Shown here: piece by piece, positions 39,879 to 48,084 of the stretch
How positions within the stretch are numbered: position 1 is the first letter of the stretch
How the letters are laid out: each line of letters starts with the position of its first letter
Assembly (NCBI GenBank): GCA_001563335.1
Contig: LRSL01000069.1
Coordinates: 32,001 to 96,000 of the forward strand
Direction: 5' to 3'
DNA: 64,000 nt
Source: Candidatus Thorarchaeota archaeon SMTZ1-45
Lineage (GTDB): Archaea; Asgardarchaeota; Thorarchaeia; Thorarchaeales; Thorarchaeaceae
Notes under the pieces: generated by a model
The model's input: the letters and a program-made list of their open reading frames with translations, nothing else
What the model was told of the DNA's origin: nothing
The model's database searches: none
Position numbers and translations under genes: made by a program

Positions 39879-40822
39879 GGATCTCTCCTCGTTAGCATTA
39901 AGCCACCGTTGGTACCCCCTGACAATAACAGTTCTTTCAAATCATCTGGAACTGCAGGTTTTACAGCAGATACTGCAGCCAAGACTCGTCTTATTTCTTC
40001 AATGTAATGTTTCAATAGAAGCCTCATAAGACCAAGCTTTTGATTATCCTTTTCCACCCATAAACTGAACACTCCATTTGGAACTGCATAGATAAAATGA
40101 CGTGTTTCCTCTGTTTCGCACAAGACAGTTTGAAGGGAGCTGTTTCGGAGCGTTCGTACAACTCGTTCTGATGCGTCATGAAGTGCAAAGGACATTGCGG
40201 CTAGTCGGTCGTTTGTGAATCCTTCTAATGAAACACGGACACCACCACTTAGCGACAAAAATACTGACCCGATATTTGGTATGCAGTCATGCACTTGACG
40301 AAGGAGAGCTCTAAGACTAAGTGCTTGAGAGCGGTCAAGTGAAATCATTGATCTTGAAACACCATAACTCGTATCACGACCTTCAGCCACAGAAAATCCT
40401 TGTAGTACTTTTTGAGTTTCATCAAGACTATAAGATCGAAGAGGAGGAAGTCGCCCATCTACATGTTGTCTAAGAAGAAATGATAGTCTGGAAAGATTGT
40501 CTTTCATCTCAATGAATAATGCGGCAAGATTCACTCTAGGTGCAGTTGTCACTGTCAAGAAATAGTCTGGATCATTTGGTAACGAGGCAAGGAATACCTT
40601 GGAAGTATCAGACTCCATTAATAGATACTTGAAATAGCCATGTATGAGTTTAGCTACCCCAAAAATTGCGCAGGTTGAGGATGCCACTGCAAAAACTTCA
40701 TCCTTACTGAACCATACTCCTGCGCTTGCTACAGGGAGTCCGTCTTTTTGAATCAAAACGACATTCTCAACGCCAGTGATGGTCTTAATGTTCTGTAAGG
40801 TTTCAGTTAGTTCATCGCTCAA
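39875..40822 (-). CDS. Tandem roadblock/LC7 (MglB-like) domain protein
   Basis: Two repeats of 'L..I....GV....L...DGL.V.S...A.S....L...L.E......NL(A/G)L'. Confidence 0.82.
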   Translation of the reverse strand: MSDELTETLQNIKTITGVENVVLIQKDGLPVASAGVWFSKDEVFAVASSTCAIFGVAKLIHGYFKYLLMESDTSKVFLASLPNDPDYFLTVTTAPRVNLAALFIEMKDNLSRLSFLLRQHVDGRLPPLRSYSLDETQKVLQGFSVAEGRDTSYGVSRSMISLDRSQALSLRALLRQVHDCIPNIGSVFLSLSGGVRVSLEGFTNDRLAAMSFALHDASERVVRTLRNSSLQTVLCETEETRHFIYAVPNGVFSLWVEKDNQKLGLMRLLLKHYIEEIRRVLAAVSAVKPAVPDDLKELLLSGGTNGGLMLTRRDP

Positions 40823-40960
40823 GTCCTCAACTCCGGACGGAAGGTTGGGTTCAATTTAGAATCCATATCGCAACTATATAACCACCACACAGAATTGAGG
40901 GTTTCAGAAACTTAGCTTGCAAGTCTATGATGCGATCAGACCATTTGTTCGAAAATATCC

Positions 40961-42259
40961 TCACATATGTATCAGAGCAGTATCAGGAACTTCTTGGAAG
41001 ACCTCCCGTGCAGCTCTCCCAACTTTTATGCGATTCTTATCGAATGTGTACACTCGAATTACATCAAGATACGTTTTCATCATTTCTGCAATATTAGAGT
41101 ACTCTGAGAGTTTATGCGGAACTCTCTTTCCATCAAATACCTCAAAAATCCCTATCTCCATTGGATCAAGTTGGTGAGGATTATATGGTACTGATGGTAA
41201 AGTGGGAACATCAACTATCACTTCGTCACAATTGACTCCAGCAATAGATGCAATTTCTTCTTGAATGCTCTCACGAACTTTTGTTTTAGTGAGAATCTTA
41301 GAAACAAATCGGTCTTCTGTATGAATGACCTTTTCGAAAGCTGACTTGTAAAGAATACGAGAGTCGAGAAGATTAACCATTTTTGATGCTTCTTTGGCAT
41401 CCTCTGATTCTGAAGTATTTATACTTCGAACTCTTGAAATGAGTGACATATCATCTAGTTCTAGGAACTCTTCAGGGGAGGAAAAACTAGTAAGATCTAA
41501 CACTTTGTCTGCAGCGTCTATTAGTTTGACCAACATGACTTCGACACTTCTAACTGTTTTGTGATAATATACATTGAGAAACATCTCATATCTTGCTACA
41601 AGAAACGATTCTAATGCACCTCTTGCTGCAATATCAAATTGCATCTGATAGTTCTTTGAGATTTCAATGCTATTGATCAGACGGTGAATGTCAACTAGTC
41701 CATAGTTTACCCCACAGTAGAATGAGTCTCGAATCAGGTAATCCATCTTATCAGAGTCTATTTGCCCAGCAACAATTCCAGCTAAAATAGCATCCTTCTT
41801 GGTCTTCTGACGACCTCGAACTAAGTCAGCTATTCTTTTCTTCGAGATTCCATCAGATTCTAGCAAATCGCTCAGTTCACTCTTGAGGATTATCCACTCT
41901 GTCACATCCTCGTGATTCATTCCACGTTTCTCTATGAGTACTTCCTCAAAGACATGACTAAAAGGACCATGACCAATATCATGGAGTAAGCCTGCTATTC
42001 TAACTTCTTGGAGTGTCTGGTTTCCAAGACCCATTCGGCTTAGAAGTCTTCTACCACTGAGGCCTGCAAGATACATAACACCGATACAGTGACCAAAACG
42101 TGTATGTTCTGCTGTTGGATAAACAAAATGGCCACCAGAAAGCTGTTTGATTCTTCTTAGTCTTTGATAGGGTAATGAATTGATGATTTTAGCCTCAGTT
42201 TCAGTAATACCTATGAAACCATGGATTGGGTCATTAATCTCCATAGCAAATTTCAACAT
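40961..42259 (-). CDS. HD-domain phosphohydrolase (SAMHD1-like dNTPase)
   Basis: DPIHG, QRLRRIKQL, HTRF.H..G, LLHDIGHGPFSH.FE, D.DKMDYL.RD, VYYHK. Confidence 0.92.
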   Translation of the reverse strand: MLKFAMEINDPIHGFIGITETEAKIINSLPYQRLRRIKQLSGGHFVYPTAEHTRFGHCIGVMYLAGLSGRRLLSRMGLGNQTLQEVRIAGLLHDIGHGPFSHVFEEVLIEKRGMNHEDVTEWIILKSELSDLLESDGISKKRIADLVRGRQKTKKDAILAGIVAGQIDSDKMDYLIRDSFYCGVNYGLVDIHRLINSIEISKNYQMQFDIAARGALESFLVARYEMFLNVYYHKTVRSVEVMLVKLIDAADKVLDLTSFSSPEEFLELDDMSLISRVRSINTSESEDAKEASKMVNLLDSRILYKSAFEKVIHTEDRFVSKILTKTKVRESIQEEIASIAGVNCDEVIVDVPTLPSVPYNPHQLDPMEIGIFEVFDGKRVPHKLSEYSNIAEMMKTYLDVIRVYTFDKNRIKVGRAAREVFQEVPDTALIHM

Positions 42260-42281
42260 GTTTCACCTTCTTGAGTAAGTA

Positions 42282-43025
42282 TTACATCTGAGGGTCAAAA
42301 GACCGAATCTCACGTACCAATTCCTCAGCAGTATCTATTTCTGATATACATAAAGGTAGATGTATGCTGTCAGCTATTCGTATAGCAAGTGAATCCAATT
42401 CTTTTATTCCTTGAAGTATAACCACTGCGGGTTTTACTGCAGCAGAGGTCCCAATCTGACTAGCTTTGATGGCTACCATTGGGGAACGCCCTGTTGTAAC
42501 ATTTGTAAGAATGGCTCCCCGCTGAGTTGTTCCACCATATAGTCGGAGAAGCTGTTGGGGAGTTAGGCTAACAATGGCCTTTATGCTATCAAGAGCTGTA
42601 TAGCCATAGATGTCTCTATCGAGCAAATTTCGATGAGTAAGAACTTTGCAGTTAAGATGTTCTACAAGTAACCTTGCGGGTATTGGAAATCCGAATTCAC
42701 GACTATCAAGAATAGCATCCGAAGCGATTTCGGGGGCGATTAGTTTCTCAAGTGCCATAGCTACTCGCCCACCATCAGAAGCATCCATCTCAATTAACCC
42801 TTCGACAAACCGTTTAATGGTCTCAACTCGGGGTGATTTCCGTCTACCACTTTCATAATCACTTATGACTGAAGGCGATACATTGAGATACTTAGCGAGA
42901 TTCTTCTGAGAGATATGAAATCTTTCGCGCCATCGTCGCATAACAGCGCCAGGATCATTCTCAGCGAGGCATATCTCACCAGCCATTGCTTCTGCTAACC
43001 TCCGGAGAGCCTCACTACTGTCCAT
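42282..43025 (-). CDS. XRE-family HTH regulator (archaeal COG1709-like)
   Basis: AGEI.L...PG..MRRWRE.F.ISQ..LA..L.VSPSVISDYESGRRKSP; TGRSPMVAIK. Confidence 0.85.
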   Translation of the reverse strand: MDSSEALRRLAEAMAGEICLAENDPGAVMRRWRERFHISQKNLAKYLNVSPSVISDYESGRRKSPRVETIKRFVEGLIEMDASDGGRVAMALEKLIAPEIASDAILDSREFGFPIPARLLVEHLNCKVLTHRNLLDRDIYGYTALDSIKAIVSLTPQQLLRLYGGTTQRGAILTNVTTGRSPMVAIKASQIGTSAAVKPAVVILQGIKELDSLAIRIADSIHLPLCISEIDTAEELVREIRSFDPQM

Positions 43026-43177
43026 AATATGTCTGCCCTTTGAAATCGCTATAAGAGTTGCGTAGACCCTAATTTGAGCCTTCTTCAATAAGGATAAAGA
43101 GGATAGATTTGTGTAAAATTGGAATCGTACCGAAGAACTCAAAGAGGTTGATTTGACACTTCTTGTTGGTACTATAG

Positions 43178-43942
43178 ATGTATTTCACATTCATTGTTGG
43201 TACAGCAGGCTCAGGTAAGTCCTTGCTAACTGCATCGCTTGAGAAATGGTTAGTTGGCTCGGATTTGAGTGTGACTGTAGTTAATCTCGATCCTGGTGTG
43301 GATTCTCCCCCCTATACAAGTGATGTTGATATTAGAGAATATGTCGATTATGGAGAAGTCATGAGCTCATTTGGATTAGGCCCAAATGGAGCTCTTGTAG
43401 CTTCGTTGGACATGGCTGTAAGTAAGGTCAATGATATTAGGGATGAGATTATCGATACTGACCGAGATTATGTACTTGTAGACTGCCCAGGTCAAATGGA
43501 GCTTTTTGCGTATCGTAACTCTGGACCTTTAATGGTATCAAGTTTGAGAGGTGATGATCCAGCACTTTCGCTATATTTACTCGATTCTAATATAGCCCGT
43601 ACTCCCACAGGTTATCTCTCATCAACACTCCTAGGGATTTCAATAAGTATTCGTTTTGACCTTCCACAATTGAATGTCTTAAGCAAACCAGATATTCTGA
43701 CTGAGAAGGAGGTAGAGGAAATTGTGGAATGGGGTTCGGAGTTCTATTTACTTGAAGAAGCTCTCGAATCATCATCGGAAGGATTGCGGAGAGAATACTC
43801 ACGGTCCGTTTTGGATATGCTTGAATCACTAGACACAGCTACCGCAAGTGTGCCTGTTTCAGCAAAAGAAATGACTGGAATCGATATATTGTATGGAGAG
43901 ATGCAACGCATCTTTGCAGGTGGCGATAATCTATACGAGTGA
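43178..43942 (+). CDS. GPN-loop GTPase
   Basis: GTAGSGKS, NLDPG, LGPNG, D.PGQME. Confidence 0.95.
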   Translation: MYFTFIVGTAGSGKSLLTASLEKWLVGSDLSVTVVNLDPGVDSPPYTSDVDIREYVDYGEVMSSFGLGPNGALVASLDMAVSKVNDIRDEIIDTDRDYVLVDCPGQMELFAYRNSGPLMVSSLRGDDPALSLYLLDSNIARTPTGYLSSTLLGISISIRFDLPQLNVLSKPDILTEKEVEEIVEWGSEFYLLEEALESSSEGLRREYSRSVLDMLESLDTATASVPVSAKEMTGIDILYGEMQRIFAGGDNLYE

Positions 43943-43949
43943 TGACTAT

Positions 43950-44975
43950 TTGAGTAAGTATTTTGTCTATATATCTGGTGAGTACATTAGCGCAGCCAAA
44001 GCAGAAATCGATACATTAACTCGTTTATCAGACTGTAATACTTCAGTTCATTGGGATGGACGAATTGGTCTTGTAGATTCTCAAAAAAATTTGACTCCAT
44101 TTTTCCTTGAGAGAGCGGCATTGGTTAAGGAGGCTGGAGTTCTACTTTCAGAAACAGATTTGCACGATGATTTGTTTGATCGTTTATCTGATGATATTTT
44201 GATAGATAATATCAGACCAGGTGAAACATTCTCAGTGAGAACTATCTCAGAGAATGGAGAGTTATCAATAAACGATCGGTTAGCTTTTGAAAGTAGTCTT
44301 GGTGAACATATCAAACAGGTTGCTGGTGCGAAAGTGCATCTAGACAACCCTCAGGCTCGTATTCTTGTTGTATTCACGCGAAAATGTATTCGAGTTTGCA
44401 AGTCTTATGCTTCAATTCTAAGACCTATGTTGAGAGATAGAGCACCAGGAAGAAAACCTTTCTTTCATCCTAGTATGATGAATGCCACTCTAGCTAGAGT
44501 GATGTGTAATCTTGCAGGTGTCATGCCGCAAGAGGTTGTGCTCGATCCATTTTGCGGAGGTGGTGGCATTCTATGCGAAGCGGCCTTTATAGGTGCGAGA
44601 ACTGTTGGCATCGATTTGAATTGGCGGTTGTTAAAAGGAAGTAAATTGAATCTTTCATCAGTTGGAAGTAGCTTTAATGTCATTCAAGGAGATGTTCGTG
44701 ATTTGCCAGTTAATGGATGTGATTGTATAGTAACTGATCCACCGTATGGAAGAGCAAGTTCAACGAGAGGTGCTCAGGCTATTTTGCTTGTCGAAGATCT
44801 TTTTGAAAAAGCTGATTCTATTCTTCGTCGCCGAGAAGGGAGTATATGTATTTGTGGGAGTAGTGACATGAAGCTTCAAAATTTAGCAGAGAGTAAAGGA
44901 CTTACGGTGAGTCAAGTTATTCGATTTAGAGTTCATAGAGGATTAGTAAGGGAAATCCTCACACTTGGAGTTTAA
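43950..44975 (+). CDS. trmG10: tRNA (guanine10-N2) methyltransferase, THUMP domain
   Basis: PFFHP..M...LAR...NL, DPFCG.G, TDPPYG. Confidence 0.85.
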   Translation: MSKYFVYISGEYISAAKAEIDTLTRLSDCNTSVHWDGRIGLVDSQKNLTPFFLERAALVKEAGVLLSETDLHDDLFDRLSDDILIDNIRPGETFSVRTISENGELSINDRLAFESSLGEHIKQVAGAKVHLDNPQARILVVFTRKCIRVCKSYASILRPMLRDRAPGRKPFFHPSMMNATLARVMCNLAGVMPQEVVLDPFCGGGGILCEAAFIGARTVGIDLNWRLLKGSKLNLSSVGSSFNVIQGDVRDLPVNGCDCIVTDPPYGRASSTRGAQAILLVEDLFEKADSILRRREGSICICGSSDMKLQNLAESKGLTVSQVIRFRVHRGLVREILTLGV

Positions 44976-45397
44976 TAGTTGATGATTTTGCCATTTTTTG
45001 TTAGAGGGGTGAACCAATTAATAAAATCATCAAATTCTGATTCGGAGTCAAAAGAAATTATAATTTCAATACTACCCAAGGGTGGCAATTCTTGATCGTC
45101 ATCAATAATCCGCGTTTTTCTAGCAAAGGCAGCTTGTTTATCAAAGTAGATTTTAGTGGAGGTTCCATTCCAGTTTAATCTCAATCGCTTTCGAGCGGCA
45201 TCAATAATTCTTGTTTCATGGATAGTCTGACGTACGAGATTTAGTATGTCTTGGTTCTTTGATGATAGGGATATCTCTTGGATATGATCACTATCCATAA
45301 TTGTCAAATCAGACCTACCTAGAAGATTCTCAAGACCTTTTGTAACTTTATTAGCATCTTCTGTAGGATTTACTGGACATATTATAAGAACTTCCAT
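44972..45397 (-). CDS. UPF0201 RNA-binding-like protein
   Basis: V.PTED..KV, I.DAAR, KQAA, PPLG.I, P.T..G. Confidence 0.85.
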   Translation of the reverse strand: MEVLIICPVNPTEDANKVTKGLENLLGRSDLTIMDSDHIQEISLSSKNQDILNLVRQTIHETRIIDAARKRLRLNWNGTSTKIYFDKQAAFARKTRIIDDDQELPPLGSIEIIISFDSESEFDDFINWFTPLTKNGKIINY

Positions 45398-45398
45398 C

Positions 45399-45938
45399 TC
45401 ATGTTAACCTCTTCACTAATTCTTTGGATTGTTCTTGGAATTCAAAGATTGTACCTTCATTCACAAGCATGATATCACTTAGTGCAATCACCCCTCCGAG
45501 ACCTACTGAAATTTCCCTGATATCACGTTCGCGGAATACTTCCCAACTAGGAGGCGCATCCTCACGATTCCTTTCACGGAGTCTTTTGTAACGCTCTTTT
45601 GGAGAAGCATGAACACAGACAATTACAACAGAGTCAGCACAATCATCGAATACATCGATTTCGGCGATGCTCCTGCATCCCTCTATAACGATTATCTCAG
45701 ATTCAAGTTTCTTTAATTCATTCATACAGAATAGAGCTATTGCACCAGCACCTTTTGTTTCCCGAAGTTCCAGCATGACCTTTTTGGTGTTTGCTGGATT
45801 TGGTTCAAGGCCACGTTTACGAGTTTCTTCACGAATCACATCACCCATCACGATTACTGGAATACCAGCATCATGGAATGCTTGAGCAACTCCACTTTTT
45901 CCTGCACCAGGCATACCAGTCACAATAACCAATTTCAT
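45399..45938 (-). CDS. UPF0200 nucleoside/dephospho-CoA kinase-like P-loop protein
   Basis: TGMPGAGKS, MGDV.R, EG.RS..E, R.R.D, RD.RE...G.G. Confidence 0.85.
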   Translation of the reverse strand: MKLVIVTGMPGAGKSGVAQAFHDAGIPVIVMGDVIREETRKRGLEPNPANTKKVMLELRETKGAGAIALFCMNELKKLESEIIVIEGCRSIAEIDVFDDCADSVVIVCVHASPKERYKRLRERNREDAPPSWEVFRERDIREISVGLGGVIALSDIMLVNEGTIFEFQEQSKELVKRLT

Positions 45939-46111
45939 TTTTCACACCAAGAGTCTTATAGCTCTATCATGTAATTAGGAAACACCTTGATTTGATAGGT
46001 ATAATTATACCCTCGTTTCGTAATTGCCCTTTAAGAATTCACTTAGAACCGCCTAGCGTCATTGTAATATTGTGGATGTACTATTGTTATTCACCTCTGG
46101 AAGTGTTAAAC

Positions 46112-46672
46112 GTGAGTTCTGTTGTCCGAGCTTTCTTGAGTATCAATATAGAAGATCAGTTGTTGTTATCTAAAATTCAAAATATACAGGGAACACTAGA
46201 CTTGACAGCTGCTAAGATGAAGATTATAAAGAGTGAGGATATCCATTTTACCTTACGTTTTTTTGGTGATACTCCACTCTCAAGATTAAATCAGATTCAG
46301 GCATGTCTTGATAGAATCAAGATTGATCCCTTTGAGATTGAAGTTGCGGGGATTGGATCATTTCCCAACAATAGACGACCAAGAATCATTTGGATTGGAG
46401 TCACCAAAAACGCATCTGAGATTCTTAAGCTAAAGAATGAGATTGACTCTTCATTGATTGAGATTGGTTATCAGCCAGAGAAGAAAAAGTACACTCCTCA
46501 CGCGACCATTGCCAGAGTCCGTTATGTCAAAGATTCAAAACGAATTAATGAAAATTTGGAAAATCTAGCTGAGGAAGTACTAGGAGAAATGACTGTCATG
46601 AGAGTTAAAATGATGAAGAGCACTTTAGCGCCCTCAGGGCCCATTTACGAGTGTCTATGGGAAATTGGATGA
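46112..46672 (+). CDS. thpR: RNA 2',3'-cyclic phosphodiesterase (2H family)
   Basis: RAF, HFTL.F.G, PHATIAR, S.L...GPIY. Confidence 0.92.
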   Translation: MSSVVRAFLSINIEDQLLLSKIQNIQGTLDLTAAKMKIIKSEDIHFTLRFFGDTPLSRLNQIQACLDRIKIDPFEIEVAGIGSFPNNRRPRIIWIGVTKNASEILKLKNEIDSSLIEIGYQPEKKKYTPHATIARVRYVKDSKRINENLENLAEEVLGEMTVMRVKMMKSTLAPSGPIYECLWEIG

Positions 46673-46687
46673 AAAATTTGAATATAA

Positions 46688-46827
46688 TGGTGGGCCGGGG
46701 GAGACTTGTTCCGGTTTGGGGAGATCCCAAATCGTTTGAACTCCCGATCTCTTGCATTTTGTGACTTGAGGTTTGGGTTCCTCAAGTCGCCCCAAGCAAG
46801 AATCATACCAAGCTAGACTACCGACCC
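46688..46827 (-). tRNA. tRNA-Pro(GGG) with two introns: 37/38 (46757-46789, 33 nt) and 58/59 (46706-46735, 30 nt); CCA encoded
   Basis: Removing both yields a 77-nt cloverleaf: GGGTCGG/CCGGCCC, CTTGC-TTGGGGT-GCAAG, GGGAG-TTCAAGT-CTCCC; BHB-type motifs at both junctions. Confidence 0.92.
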
Positions 46828-47031
46828 TTGCAACATGAGATTGGGGTGACTCATGATTACGGATGCGATGTTTTGGACTAAAGATAAACATTACCACTAT
46901 TTGATAGATTTATGAAATATTTGGAACACGTGTTCTGTTTCTTTTCAACTTCTTCTTATCAATGATTCAAACTTATCAATAGCTTCATAATTCTCGTATG
47001 TGTTGGAATTGAAAATGGGGATGACAGTATA

Positions 47032-48081
47032 ATGGTCACTGATCTGGTATACCACGATATTTTTGTTGAACATGTGATGTCTCCAGGTCATCCAGAGAGC
47101 CCAGAACGGCTGAGAAGTGCTTTGAATTCAATCAGATCTGCGGGTTTACTGGATAGTCAAAAAGTGAATCTCCTGACTCCAAATAGAGCCCCTCTAAGTG
47201 AGGTGTATCTTCTTCATGGTAAGGAGTATCTTGAGGGAATAAAAGAAAAGTCAGAGAAAGGTGGGGGGATTTACACAATGGATACTTCAGTCAATTCATA
47301 CACATATGATGCAGCATTATACGCTGCTGGTGGAGGAATAGATGCAGTTGATAGGGTAATGCATGGAGATGCTGAGAACGCATTTGTATTGTGCAGACCG
47401 CCTGGTCATCATGCTGAATATGAAAAGGCTTTTGGGTTTTGTTTTATCAATAATGTAGCTATAGCAGCCAAGCATCTTTTGGAAAAGCATGCAGTTGAAC
47501 GTGTATTGATAGTTGATTATGATGCCCACCATGGAAATGGCACACAACGCAGTTTTTACTCTTCTAAAGATGTGTTTTACGTGGGACTTCATCAGGATGG
47601 GAGAACCTTATTCCCGGGATCTGGTTTTCCAAATGAGATTGGAATGGGTGAAGGAGTAGGTTATACAATAAATTTGGCAATGTATCCAGGAGCAGGAGAT
47701 TATTCCTATAATCGGGCGTTTTCTCAGGTGGTTGAGCCTATAGCAGAGTCTTACAATCCAGATTTCATACTTGTGTCAGTTGGTTATGATGGGCATTTTA
47801 TGGATCCCTTGACTAATCTTGGGCTTACAACAGCTGGCTTTGCAATGATGAATACCAAGCTGAAGCAGATAGCTAACTCATATGCTGATGGAAGAATAGT
47901 ATGTTTTCTTGAGGGAGGTTATAATCTTGAAGTCATGGGTATGTGTTCGTTGAATCTTCTTCAGGAGCTGATGGGTATAGATGTCACTTCATTTGATGAT
48001 AAGTATAATGAGAGCAATATTGTAAGTGACTATACAGAGAAACTAATTGAGAAGATTATCACAGACTCGCCTCTGCTATAA
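47032..48081 (+). CDS. Histone deacetylase-family (Zn) amidohydrolase
   Basis: HPE.P.RL, RPPGHHA, GFC..NN.A, D.DAHHGNGTQ, LEGGY. Confidence 0.95.
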   Translation: MVTDLVYHDIFVEHVMSPGHPESPERLRSALNSIRSAGLLDSQKVNLLTPNRAPLSEVYLLHGKEYLEGIKEKSEKGGGIYTMDTSVNSYTYDAALYAAGGGIDAVDRVMHGDAENAFVLCRPPGHHAEYEKAFGFCFINNVAIAAKHLLEKHAVERVLIVDYDAHHGNGTQRSFYSSKDVFYVGLHQDGRTLFPGSGFPNEIGMGEGVGYTINLAMYPGAGDYSYNRAFSQVVEPIAESYNPDFILVSVGYDGHFMDPLTNLGLTTAGFAMMNTKLKQIANSYADGRIVCFLEGGYNLEVMGMCSLNLLQELMGIDVTSFDDKYNESNIVSDYTEKLIEKIITDSPLL

Positions 48082-48084
48082 TGA

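Noticed and set aside
46655-46897. 80-aa ORF, and similarly 22924-23109
   Set aside because: Coincide with tRNA genes; spurious translations
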